Below, in pieces: positions 50,201 through 64,000 of a DNA stretch of 64,000 nucleotides (its first letter is position 1; every line of letters begins with the position of its first letter). Under the pieces are notes generated by a model. It was not told where the DNA came from. It did no database searches and saw only the letters and a list, made by a program, of their open reading frames with translations. Where the stretch lies: assembly GCF_009914755.1 (NCBI RefSeq), contig NC_060933.1; one strand, written 5' to 3'. The stretch comes from the human T2T-CHM13v2.0 reference genome, Homo sapiens. The translations under genes and the position numbers were made by a program.

Positions 50201-51321
50201 CCTCATGCATGTCCCTTTACTTCAGCTAGAGTGAGTCTCTCTTGGCAACCAAGCCATCTCTTACGAGAACAGTTCCACTAGAAAAGCCTTTGGTAGCAGA
50301 GTTCAATTCATGGAATTTCTTGATATATCTTCACTTCAAAAAACGTGTCTTTTATTCATTCTAACTGGTTCCCCTCCAACCCCCTCAAGCCTCTACAGTC
50401 TGAATTAGTGTCATTTTATTGCATTACTGAAAGTTGATTCTATGCCGTAAAAATTTCAATAAAAAGTCACAGGAAGGGAACTGAAATTGGACTTCAATCC
50501 AATGGGCCTGACAGTTTTCTTCACTAGAAAAGTCCCCTTTCATTAATTATTTATAGGCTAGTGACAGTACTGTATCACAAATTAGAATAGCTTCACAGGC
50601 CATCCGTCTCATAAACTATCTCTTAATGACAAAGCAAGACCAGACAGAGAAGACTAGACACCCGATATGCAAATCTCTAAATGTTTACTATAAAAAAAGA
50701 GGGATAGAAGTCAATGAGGAAAAAAGTTGATTTTCCTTCACTAAAAAATGGAAGTGACTAAAAAGGCTAGGGCTTAAGTATTGATAATTTATAGTCTTAC
50801 TTCAGCACTACTCTTGCTACTAGAATGCAAGCTATCACTTAACACTGCTATGTATTATTAAAGAAGCAGTTATCCCCACTATTAAATCAAGGGAGGGACT
50901 TTATAAGTCATAGAATAATGATATGATTCAAGAATATGCACGGGGAAGGCTAGGATTTACCACTGAGTAGGAGAAAGAGTTGACTATCCATTTCTTCTGA
51001 CCCTGGGTTATTCTCTCTACTAGTTAGTAACAGGATTTAAACCAAGCACTTCCAAATGACCTGGAAGAAAACCTTCCATATTCTATCTTCAAGGGTCTCT
51101 TCATAAAAGAAACACCCAGTTTCTCCTTCAATGTCAGATTTTAGAGTACTTCATCTTCTAGGTTCTAAGCTTAGTAGACCTTGTTTATGTGGCCCCTCAT
51201 TCTGTCCTAGGGTCTGGCCTAGTGTTTGGAACTAAGGGCGTAATGATGTGTTTGTTGACTCACGGGATGAATGACAAGTGTTAGCCCTCCAATTTAGGGG
51301 AATTTCAATTGTAGCAAAGAT

Positions 51322-51372
51322 AAACAATAAATAAATAATAATAAATAAAATAATAATAAATAAAAAAATAAA
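51322..51372. repeat. (AAAT/AAT)n A-rich simple repeat
   Basis: Seen directly. Confidence 0.8.
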
Positions 51373-52201
51373 GAAGAGGCTTCCATTACATCTTTTGGAA
51401 ACTGATGTTACACTATTTTAATTCAATTATCTAGAGTCCTCAAGCATCTGAGGATTGATAGGGACCTCAGAGTGCAGAAGGTAGGAAAAATCAGTGGTAA
51501 AATGCTAGGAAGAATTTCAAGGTCTTGGGGTTCTAGAATAAACTTTATTTCTAATTATGTGGGTAATCATAGATGCATCACTTCCTCTCTCTATTGTGCT
51601 AGTTGAGCCCTATTGATCCTTCCAGTTTTATTTACACCAAGCTGTGTGTCATCCTATCCATTCTTCCCCACCATTCTAGGTTAGAAGAGTCAAACATCAT
51701 GAATTGAGGTATGGAAAGCCAGTGCTCAAAAGTTTATCACTGACTACTAAACTGCTGAACTGAAGGAGGTTACCTCTAGTTCTTCCCAAGACAGATGGGG
51801 ACTGAAGAGTCATCTTGGTAGCTATGTCTTCCTTCAAAGAGAATTACTGAAGAGAGAAGTTTCTGGTGGCTTAGGTCTCCATTCAGCCTTAAGGCTTCTA
51901 ATCACTGCTCCCGAATGAGGGAAAGGGATGCTCTAGTTAAGGCAGTAAAACAAATTTTGAATAACTTGAAAACTAGAAGTGGTAAGAAACAGCCACTTTC
52001 AAACTTTAAGCAGGTCATCTCTTTTTCCTGGTAGCTGAGTTTTGGGTTCACAATTGTGAGCCTGCGGGGACTTTGGTGGGAAAATGGAAGGAGTGGTAAG
52101 ATCATGTTTTGGGCCTTTCAGTCTTACAAAATAAAAACCATTATCATGGCATGGTTTGAGAATGAGAAAAGGTAAGTGTTCTCTAGGTACCACAGTGGAA
52201 C

Positions 52202-52462
52202 ATTTTTAATTTAGGTCCAGGGGTACATGTATATATATATAGGTTTGTTGTATAGGTAAATAAATTACTTGTTGTGGGGGTTTGGTGTACAGACTGTTTT
52301 GTCACCCAGGTAATAAGAATAGTACCTGTTAAGTAGTTTTTCTATCCTCACGCTCCTCCCTCAAATAGGCCCTGATGTCTGTATTTCCCTTCTTTGTGTC
52401 CATATATACTCAAAGCTTAGCTTCCATTTATGGGTTAGAACATGTGGTATTTGGTTTTCTCT
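52202..52462 (-). mobile_element. Short 5'-truncated older L1PA (PA15/16-like) 3' end
   Basis: ggggtacatgt...ggtttggtgtacaga...gaacatgtggtatttggttttct; TSD-like cagtggaacattttt/tcgtggaaaatttt. Confidence 0.8.
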
Positions 52463-53664
52463 TCCATCGTGGAAAATTTTATCTATGGGCAGAGCTGCAG
52501 CTCTGAAATATGCTTCCTTTACTTTTTATTTTTAAATAAACTTTATCTTTTAAAGGAGTTTTAGGTTCACAACAAAATTGAGAGGATGGTACAGAGATTT
52601 CCCATCTACTCCCCACTGCCCCTCCACATAAACAGCCTGCCTCATTATCAACATCTTCCATCAGAGTGGTATATTTGTCATAGTTCATGAACCTACATTG
52701 ACACGTCATTATTACTCAAAGTCCATAGCTTTCGTTAGGGTTCATTCTTGTGGTAGTTTTCACAAATGTATAATGACATATATCCACCATTATAATATCA
52801 TACGGAATAATTTCAGGGGACTTCCACCCTGGAAGTCCTCCATACTTTGCTAATTAATTTCTCTTTCCCTCATAATCCCAGGCAACCACTGATCTTTTTA
52901 CTTTCTTCATAGTTTGCCTTTTCCAGAGTGCCATACGGTTGGAATCATACAGTATGTAGCCTTTTTAGACTGGTTTCTTTCACTTAATAATACACACTAA
53001 GTTTCCTCCATGTCTTTTCTTGGCTCGATAGCTCATTTCTTTTAGCACCAACTATCCCATTGTCTAGACGGACCATGATTTATTTATCCATACATCTACT
53101 GAAGGACATCTTGGTTGCTTCCAAGTTATGGCAATTATAAATAAAGCTGCTATAAACACCCACGCACATGTTTTTGTGTGGACATAGTTTTCAACTCCTT
53201 TGGGTAAATCCAAGGAGCACAGTTGCTGGGTTTTATGATAAGAATATGTTTACTTTTGTAAGTAACTGCAAACTGTCTTCCAAAGTGGTTATACTGTTTT
53301 ATATTTCCACCGACAATGAATGGGAATTCCTGTTGTTCCACATCCTTGTCTGCATTTGGGGTTGTCAGTGTTCTAGAGTTTGGCTACTCTAATAGTTGGG
53401 TAGTGGTATCTCAATGTTATTTTAATCTGTATTCCCCTGATGTCATAAGATATGGAGCATCTTTTCATGTGCTTATTTGCCATCTGCATATCTTCTTCAG
53501 CGAGATGTCTGTTAAGGTCTTTGGCTCATATTATTTTTATCAAATTGGTTTCTTATTGTTAAGCTTTAATAGTTCTTTGTATGTTTTAGATAACAGTTCT
53601 TTATCAGACATGTCTTTTGCAAATATTTTCTCCCAGTCAGTGGCTTGTCTTCTCATTCTTTTGA

Positions 53665-55470
<1,806 letters not shown>

Positions 55471-55865
55471 GAAATACCTGAGCTGGGTAATTTATAAAGA
55501 AGGGAGGTTTAATTGGCTCATGGTTCTGCAGGCTGTGCAGGAAGCACAGTGCTGGCATGTGTTTGGTTTCTGGAGAGGCCTCAGGAAGCTTACAATCATG
55601 GCGGAAGGCAAACGGGGAGCAGGCATGTCACATGGCCAGAGCAGGAGTGAGAAAAAGAGATGGGGGAGGCGCCACACACTTTTAAACAACCAGATCTTGT
55701 GAGAACTCACTATTGTGAGGACAGTAGCTGAGGGATGGTACTAGTAACCATTCATGAGAAATCCACCCCCATGATCCAATCACCTCCCACCAGGCCCCAC
55801 GTCCAACATTGGGAATTACATTTTAACATGAGATTTGAGTGGGGACACACATCCAAACTATATCA
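55471..55865 (-). mobile_element. MST solo LTR lacking its leftmost ~27 bp
   Basis: gaaatacctgagctgggtaatttataaag ... ccaaactatatca; homologous to the LTRs at 31831 and 34071. Confidence 0.9.
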
Positions 55866-56652
55866 CTGTTTACTGAGAGGTTTTTTTAATTTACAAATCA
55901 TGAATGAATGTTGGATTTTGTCTAATGTTTTTTCTGTGTCTGTTGATATTTTATGCAATTTAAAAAATTTAGCCTGTGATGCAATGGATTGCATTAATTG
56001 ATTTTCAAATGTTGAGCCAGCCTTGCATACCTGGAATAAATCCCACTTGGTTATGATGTATAATTCTTTTTATACATTGTTGGATTCAATTTGCCAAGAT
56101 TTTGTTGAGGACTTTTGCATCTGTATTTAAGAGAGATATTGGTCTGTAGTTTTATTTTCTTGTAGTATCATTGTCTGGTTTTAGTATTAGAGCAATGCTG
56201 GCCTCATAGAATAAGTTAGAAAATATTCCCTTTGCTTCTATCTTCTAAAAGAGATTGCATTAAATTGGTATAGTTTCCTTAAATGTTTAATAGAATTCAG
56301 CAGTGAACCCTGATGGGCCTGGTGCTTTCTGTTTTGGAAGGTTATTAATTATTGATTCAATTTATGTAACAGATATAGAACTATTAAAGTTGTCTTTATC
56401 TTCCTGTATGCATTTTGGCATATTATATCTTTTAAATAATTGGTCTACTTTATCTAATCTATCACATCTGTGGACATAAAGTTATTTGTAGTAGCCCTTT
56501 ATTTTCCTTGTAGTGGCCATTGAATCTGTAGTGATGGCCCCTATTTCATCTCTGATATTAATAATCTTTATTGTCTCTTTAGTTAGTTTGGCAAGAGGCT
56601 TTTTGATTTCATTGATCCTTTCATTCAAACAATCAGCTTTTTGTTTTGTTGA

Positions 56653-57509
<857 letters not shown>

Positions 57510-59479
57510 TTAAAATTTCTCTTGAGATATTTTTGACCCATATGTTTTTCAGAAATGTTTTATGTAATCTCCAAATATTTCAAAACTTGTGTACTATTTT
57601 TCTCTAATTGATTTATAGTTTATTTTTACTGGGGTCCAAGTGGAGACATTGCATGATTTCTATTATTTACAATTTGTTAAGGCATATTTTATGGTCCAGA
57701 ATATGGCCTATTTTGGTGATTGTTTTACGTGAGCTTGAAAAGAATGTGTATTCTGCTTATGTTAGAGGGAATGGTCAATAATGTCAATTATATCCAGCTG
57801 ATTGATGGTGCTATTGAGATCAGCTCTGTCCTCACTGATTTTCTGCCTGCAGGATCTGGTCATTTCTGGTAGAGGGGTGTTGAAGCCTCCAACTATAAAA
57901 CCGGATTCATTTATTTCTCCTTGCATTTCTATCAGTTTATGCCTCATATATTAATATTTTGACACTCTGTTGTTAGGAGCACACACATTAAAGATTATAA
58001 TATTAACTTTTCTTGGAAAATGAGCCCCTTTCTCATGATATAATGTTCATCTTTAACTCTAATAACTTTCCTTGCTCTGAAGTCTGCTCTGTCTGAAATT
58101 AATGTAGGTGCTTCTGCTTTTTTTTGATTAGTGACAGCCATGACATATCTTTCTCCATGTATTTACATTTAATTTATATGTGTTTTTATATTATAAAGTG
58201 GGTTTCTTGCAGACTACATGTAGTTGGGTTTGATCCGTTCCAATAATTTTTGTCTTTTAATTGGTGTATTAAGTCCATTGCCATTCAAAGGCTTTATTGA
58301 TATAGTTGGATTGTTATCTACCATGTTTGTTAATATTTCCTATTCGTTGCCTTTCTTCTTTGCTCCGATTTTGTCTTCCACTTTTTGTCTGCCTTTTGTG
58401 GTTTTAATTGAGCATTTTAAATAATTCAATTTTCTCTTCTTTTAAAAAACATTTTAATTATACTTTTTATACATTTTTAGTGATTTTATACTTCTTTTTA
58501 CACATTTTTATAAAATATTTATAATGAATCCAAGTTCATACTGAAATAAAGTTATACCACTTTATAAGTAGTATACCTGAAGTGAGTATAATATACTAAA
58601 TAATAAATAATAAAAGTTATAATAAAAAATACTAATAGAAAAAATATCACCCGAATACAATTTGGGTAAACTTTATGGAAATGTAACACATACAGAAAAG
58701 TCATACTTGAAAATTTAGCCCCATACATTTTCACCCGATGAACACACCCAGTGCTCAAATCAAAACTCCCCCACCCCTTTCCAGTGACTATACCACCTCC
58801 CAAAGGGAATGGCCACTATTTTGATTTCTAACACATAAGTGCATTTTTATTTTTAAAAACTCCTGCAATTCACTTAAACCATGATTCCCCAGTCTCCTTC
58901 CCACAATGAGTTTGGTGTGTTTTTTCTCATTCATTTTTTAAATAACATGTACATACAACGTAAGTTATCTACCTGTGGAAATGTATAGTTTTGCTTTCTG
59001 AATACATTGTAACTTTTACATTTATTTATGTACAATTTGGTTTCCTGCCTCTGCCAATATCTGCACCTCGTTTTCTCCCCGGCAGCCATACGTGTTCCGT
59101 AAACGTGGTAAATAAATGAACGAGTATGCCAGGTGCTGGGGCTATAGAAGCGTACAACACAAACACGTTCACTGCCCCCACCCTCTTCTGGTTTATAGAA
59201 TGTGATTGACCAGAAATTTGTCCTAAAACCTCTCCGAATGTCCTAAAGTAAAGTCCTACAGCTACAATCTTCGTCCTTCCCTGAGACATCCCATACCTCA
59301 GCGAGCTCTTCTTGCTGGCTGACTCCCTTCCTGGGCTAATAAAGGGGCGCCTGCTCAACTTCCCCATGCTTCCCACCCACCTTCACTGAGCTTAGCCCCT
59401 CTGTGTATAAATATTGTCCTTCTACCTTCATTCTACAAAGCTCAGCATGTCTCCTAGAACTAGCTAATAACACAAATGC

Positions 59480-59660
59480 GGTGAATAGGATTTTGTGCTT
59501 GAGAGTTAGAAGACACGGGTTCAAGTCCTAAAGCTTTCACTCTCTGGGTAACCCTTGGCAAATCACTCCACCTGTCTGGTGTAAGTTTTTATGTCTATCA
59601 AATGAAGGGGATGAACTGAAAAGCTCTAGGGCTCCTTGTAGCTCTAATATTCTGTGATTT
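59480..59660 (+). mobile_element. MIR
   Basis: gggttcaagtcc...aacccttggcaaatcac. Confidence 0.7.
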
Positions 59661-60150
59661 TTATGATGAAAACTACCAACACGTAAGTGCAGACAGCTTA
59701 TTTTTCTACAGATAGCCTAAGTCCCAGTGATCATTTGTTTCTCCTAGGGGAGGCTTAACACTTCTGAATCTCTGTTTGGCTTCTTCATTACACAGGTCTG
59801 TCTCACCCTAGCCCTCTACTTTGAAAAGGCAGACTGCAAGTGGCAATAGTGGAAGGCAGACAAACAGTTCTTCAGGAAGGTTGACATGGATGATCAATAC
59901 TATCCTTGTAAAAATGCCAGCAAGTTTGAACACTTCTTTAAATAACATCTTCCTTCAGAAAATTGTCTTTTGAAACACCATGACCTGATTTTCAGGGAAG
60001 GACTGATTACAAAGCCTGGGGTTTCTTGCCAAGGCAGTGAGTTTTTGACTCCCACTGGATGATTAAAGACTAAGGGAAAAGCAAAACAACAAGTGCCTCA
60101 CATCCCTACTGATTGCATCATGCTGGGTTGAGATCCATGGAAACTGAACT

Positions 60151-60250
60151 GCTATCTAGACAACAGGCTGGCCAATCAGCACGCACGTGGGATCAGCTGA
60201 CCATGGGGACCCTGATTTCATAAAAACACCACTTGGCACCTGGCAACACA
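60151..60250. promoter_or_regulatory. Candidate enhancer/promoter motif cluster (RFX-like, NF-Y, E-boxes)
   Basis: gctatctagacaac, GCCAATCAG, CACGTG, CAGCTG and cctggcaac within 100 bp; motif evidence only. Confidence 0.35.
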
Positions 60251-61409
60251 AGTGCCCCCTGTTCTGAGCCATTCCAGTGTGTCTGGATCTGCTCTAGTTC
60301 TACGTATGAGGACTAACTCTCTAGGAGTGGGACTGGCTTGGTCTCAACTCTATTTACTCGCTGAGACAACAAAGACCCTCTGGACTTTGGAGACTGAAAA
60401 CATGGGTCATATCATCTTCTCTGGGCCATTTTGAAGTTCATCTGTAAATCACTGTCTAATTTTATTCTAACAAAAACATTGAAATTAGCCATTATTGGCC
60501 CCGTTTTACATATGAGGAAATTTAAGCCACTTGTCCAATGTCGTTGGACTAGGGCAGAGCAGAATTAGTTTTCATTGCACATCTTAGGCATCTTAGCCTC
60601 AAGTTACACTAAAGAAAGCTTCCAGGGACTGCAGTCTCCCCTTCCCCTGACCCCTAAATATTAGAAAATTTAGGGTACATAAAGTTTATCATTCAGGCTG
60701 GCCTCCGTGGGCCCCTCAGTTCCCCTTATCTGTTAGTGAGCAGGAAAGAGGCCCATTGGGTACCCCTGGGGGGCGCCAAACCATCAGGTCCTGTGGGCTT
60801 TGCGCAAGAAACAAAACACATGGTAAAAGCACTTCCTCTGACCCTTCTTCAAAACAAAGGAAGTGATAAAGTTGGAAAGACTTGGCTTTGAGTGGCCCTG
60901 AGCATGAGGCAGAAGCACACCTGGAAGTGGTTTCTGGGGAAGGAGTTCAGGGAAGAAGAAAGAGTGGAGAGTGAATTTTTTGTGTGTGTTGTCAGGGGAC
61001 ATCATTTTGTTCCAGAGTCTAGCACTGGCCTAGTGCATAGTAAGGAGAATGGGATAAACCAATAAATCAACGTGCAAACACATGTACTGATACTATGGGA
61101 GAAGTACCTTGAAAGACACTGTCGGTTTCTCCTCATCCTCAACATGGCTCTATCGTTTACTAATATGCTCAAGCACCCTTACCCTCAGACACACACTATA
61201 AATTAATTCTTCACTCAACATTGCACTCACCTGGAGCTACCTTTCTCTTCACCATTAATCTTTTGGGAAACAGTAGTTTACATCTCTAGTTTCTTAGCAT
61301 CACCCACTTCCTCTTTAACCTTATGAAGTATTATTTACTCTATTAGAACAGCACTGAGTCTTATCATTTTTCCATTCCCAGCACTGGGCACATATCTGAA
61401 GATAGGGAG

Positions 61410-61712
61410 GGTTTGTTTGTTTGTTTGCTTTGAGACAGGGTCTTGCTCTGTCGCCCAGGCTGGAGTGCAGTGGCACAATCCCGGCTCACTGCAGCCTTGA
61501 CCTCCTAAGCTTAAGCAATCCCCCTGCCTCAGCTTCCTGAGTAGCTGGGACTACAGGCATGCACCAACATGCCCAGCTAAATTTTGTATTTTTAGTGGAA
61601 ACAGGGTTTTCCCATGTTGTGTAGGCTGGTCTCAAACTCCTAGGCTCAAGCAATCCCCCTGCCTTGGCCTCCCAAATGCTGGGATTACAGGCATAAGCCA
61701 CCTCACCCAGCT
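61410..61712 (-). mobile_element. AluJ
   Basis: (TTTG)n tail then Alu antisense. Confidence 0.9.
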
Positions 61713-64000
61713 GAGAGAGAGTCCTTGCTTTGACAGTTCCTACATTTTCTAAGTGTGTTCCTCCTGCCCCACACAGGAACTAGACACCCCTTTGTAATTT
61801 CCTCGATATTGTTGCATCCGGATAGGACTAGAAAGCATTTTCTTTTTCGCATGAAGCTAGCTGTCTCCCTGCCCCATTCCTCCACCTGAACTAATTTGTT
61901 AGCTTCTGGGAGACGCATTATCACAGGTATTAGGGAAATGCTAGCTAGAAAAACTGGAAGGTCTACTAGGGACTGACATTGTGACCACAGTGCTATTTTA
62001 AGCCACTGGAGTACAATGGTGGTATCTGTAGGAACTGAAACTATTTGTTCAAAGGAAAAAAGCATTTAGTGACTGTTCTATTTGTATATTCTATGACTTG
62101 TGAACATTAAACCAAAGAAAACAAGGTTAAGGAACACTGTTGCCCTGCTAGACATCCTCTACCTTGCTTAGACCACCAAATTGTAAAAACCACACATACT
62201 TTGCATTCATTCTTGAACCCTCCACAGTTTGTGTCGAAGGTTCTCAGCTTAGCGAATCAAATCCAAAGCAATCGCCAATCAATTATTTACTAAGTGATAG
62301 CTTTTTCCAGAGAATCCTATTTTCTATCCCGAGGCCTAGCAAGGCAAAGGAAGCATGACCTTCCTAAGAGGGAGATTTGAAACTCCTCTCAAAGGAAAAA
62401 CCTGCTGATTAAAATAAAGTCCAAAATCTTATTCCAGTGGAAAAGCATTTAGCTAAATGACTTAGATAGAGGGCTGAAGCATGAGTACTTTCTTTGTCAT
62501 GTATGGATTCATTGTCACGCTCTGCTTGGCTTAGCTGGAGGGTGAGATGACCTCCACAATTTAGGAAGGGCAAAATTCTTCAATATCAGACCAAACCCAA
62601 TACAGGTTTGCCGAAAGCAGGAGTTTCTTCTTTTCCCACACCTCTGAAACAATGACTCATATCTGGAGACACCAAGGGGTAGCTTCTGGGAGAGGCATTA
62701 TAGCAATTTCTGTTAACCCCCAGCCTCTAAAATCTGCTCTGAATAAGCATATAAGCCAAATACAGCATGCTGGCCATGTAACTGTAGTTTCAAGTTTCCT
62801 AATTTTATCTAACAAACAGGTTGCCACTTCTAAAACTCTCTTACACAGAAATTCCAGAGGGTCTCACTGCTTTAGAGGTAGCAAAAAAAAATCATGTCCA
62901 AAAATCCGTAGTGTTGTAGAATAGATCCAAAAGAAATTTTAGACGTCACTGATGTTAGCCCCTACTTTTATGGTGATGATTCTAACCTAGAACCTATTTG
63001 GTTCACTAACCTGGAGAGGGCACCAAAAGGAAGTTGATCATTTGTCTTACCTTCTGCCAGTTTTTTTTCATAAGTAGTACTGTGTAGTCTTAAGTGAACA
63101 ATCTCTGTGTTAGAGTGCCAGGATTTGAAGCTCCTCCCTTCTGCTAATTATGTAACCCCTGTAATAAAGTGAAATAATAAAATGAGTTAGTTGTTTAAGC
63201 ACACTGTTGAGTGCTTAAAAATGTCTGGTATACAGTGAATGCTCATAGGATACTAGCTAATTGATCCCTCAAAGGGCTGTTTCTAGGATTACGAGATGAC
63301 ACCTACCAAAGTTTCAGCATAGTACCTGGCATATCATGCTCAATGAATGTGTTCTTACAGCCTTACAGCAAGGGTGGGAGATAGCTTGCTAGAGCTCAGG
63401 CCATTTATTGATTAGGGAGGCTGTAGTACTGAAGACTTTTATTTCAAAGTGAGGATATTTTGATATTTGGAAGTACTCTTGTAATTTAGCTAATATTGAA
63501 CATAGAATGATTAGCAGAAAAGCTTTGAACTACTGCTTTCTTTCTAAAGCATGTTTAAGGGAATTCCACAATATCTGTTATCCACGCTTTTGCTTAGTTG
63601 GGGAATCTGGACCAGAACTATCTCTTTGGCCACATTTGTTAGAAATTATTACTATTTAAGAAGGATTGAAATATTCCTACCAGAGCCCAGAGTTTGGCTT
63701 TTAGTGCTCAATGAATATCTTTATGTTTAGTAAACTCCATATAACTCCCAAACACAGTGAGAGGCTCACATTCCACTGTCTCCCCCTGGGTGTTGTTTAA
63801 GTATGTAGTGGACTGACTGAGGTTGAGCTGACAGTTCAAAACAAGGTTTTGGAGCTCAGAGCAGGGCAAACAAGGCCAGAAGTGCCTTCCTGATGGGACT
63901 TCTCTTTTGGTGGGCTTCATGATACACAGGCCATTTAAATGTCATGCTTATAGCTACCAATCTCAGTGAAAAGAAAGCTCCTCTCTCAAGATTCCAGTAA

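Overview
Primate, most likely human, genomic DNA containing the 3' end of SMARCA2 (BRM, SWI/SNF ATPase; human 9p24.3) on the + strand, followed by about 38 kb of repeat-dense, apparently gene-free downstream sequence. Six coding exons are recognisable by translation and AG/GT boundaries: a 54-nt cassette exon (2897-2950), then 14053-14158, 14623-14724, 18576-18708, 23747-23889 and 25167-25202 (TGA). They encode the bromodomain, acidic stretch and basic C-tail. The 3'UTR ends near 26085. This haplotype encodes Glu at residue 1546. Nearly all long ORFs in the track are Alu, L1, MaLR or Tigger artefacts. I see no convincing wholly new biological system. The best second-look items are: (1) the acceptor of the bromodomain-insertion cassette exon lies within an antisense MIR; (2) an L1PA insertion with a 5' poly-T, no TSD and an apparent ~1 kb target deletion; (3) a ~150-bp local sequence copied into a MER57-type LTR; (4) two Alus inserted into the same target site; (5) a full-length MST provirus carrying a CTCF-like motif with retained CpGs; (6) an RFX/NF-Y/E-box cluster near 60.2 kb. 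Repeat subfamily calls are from recalled consensus sequences and their boundaries are approximate.
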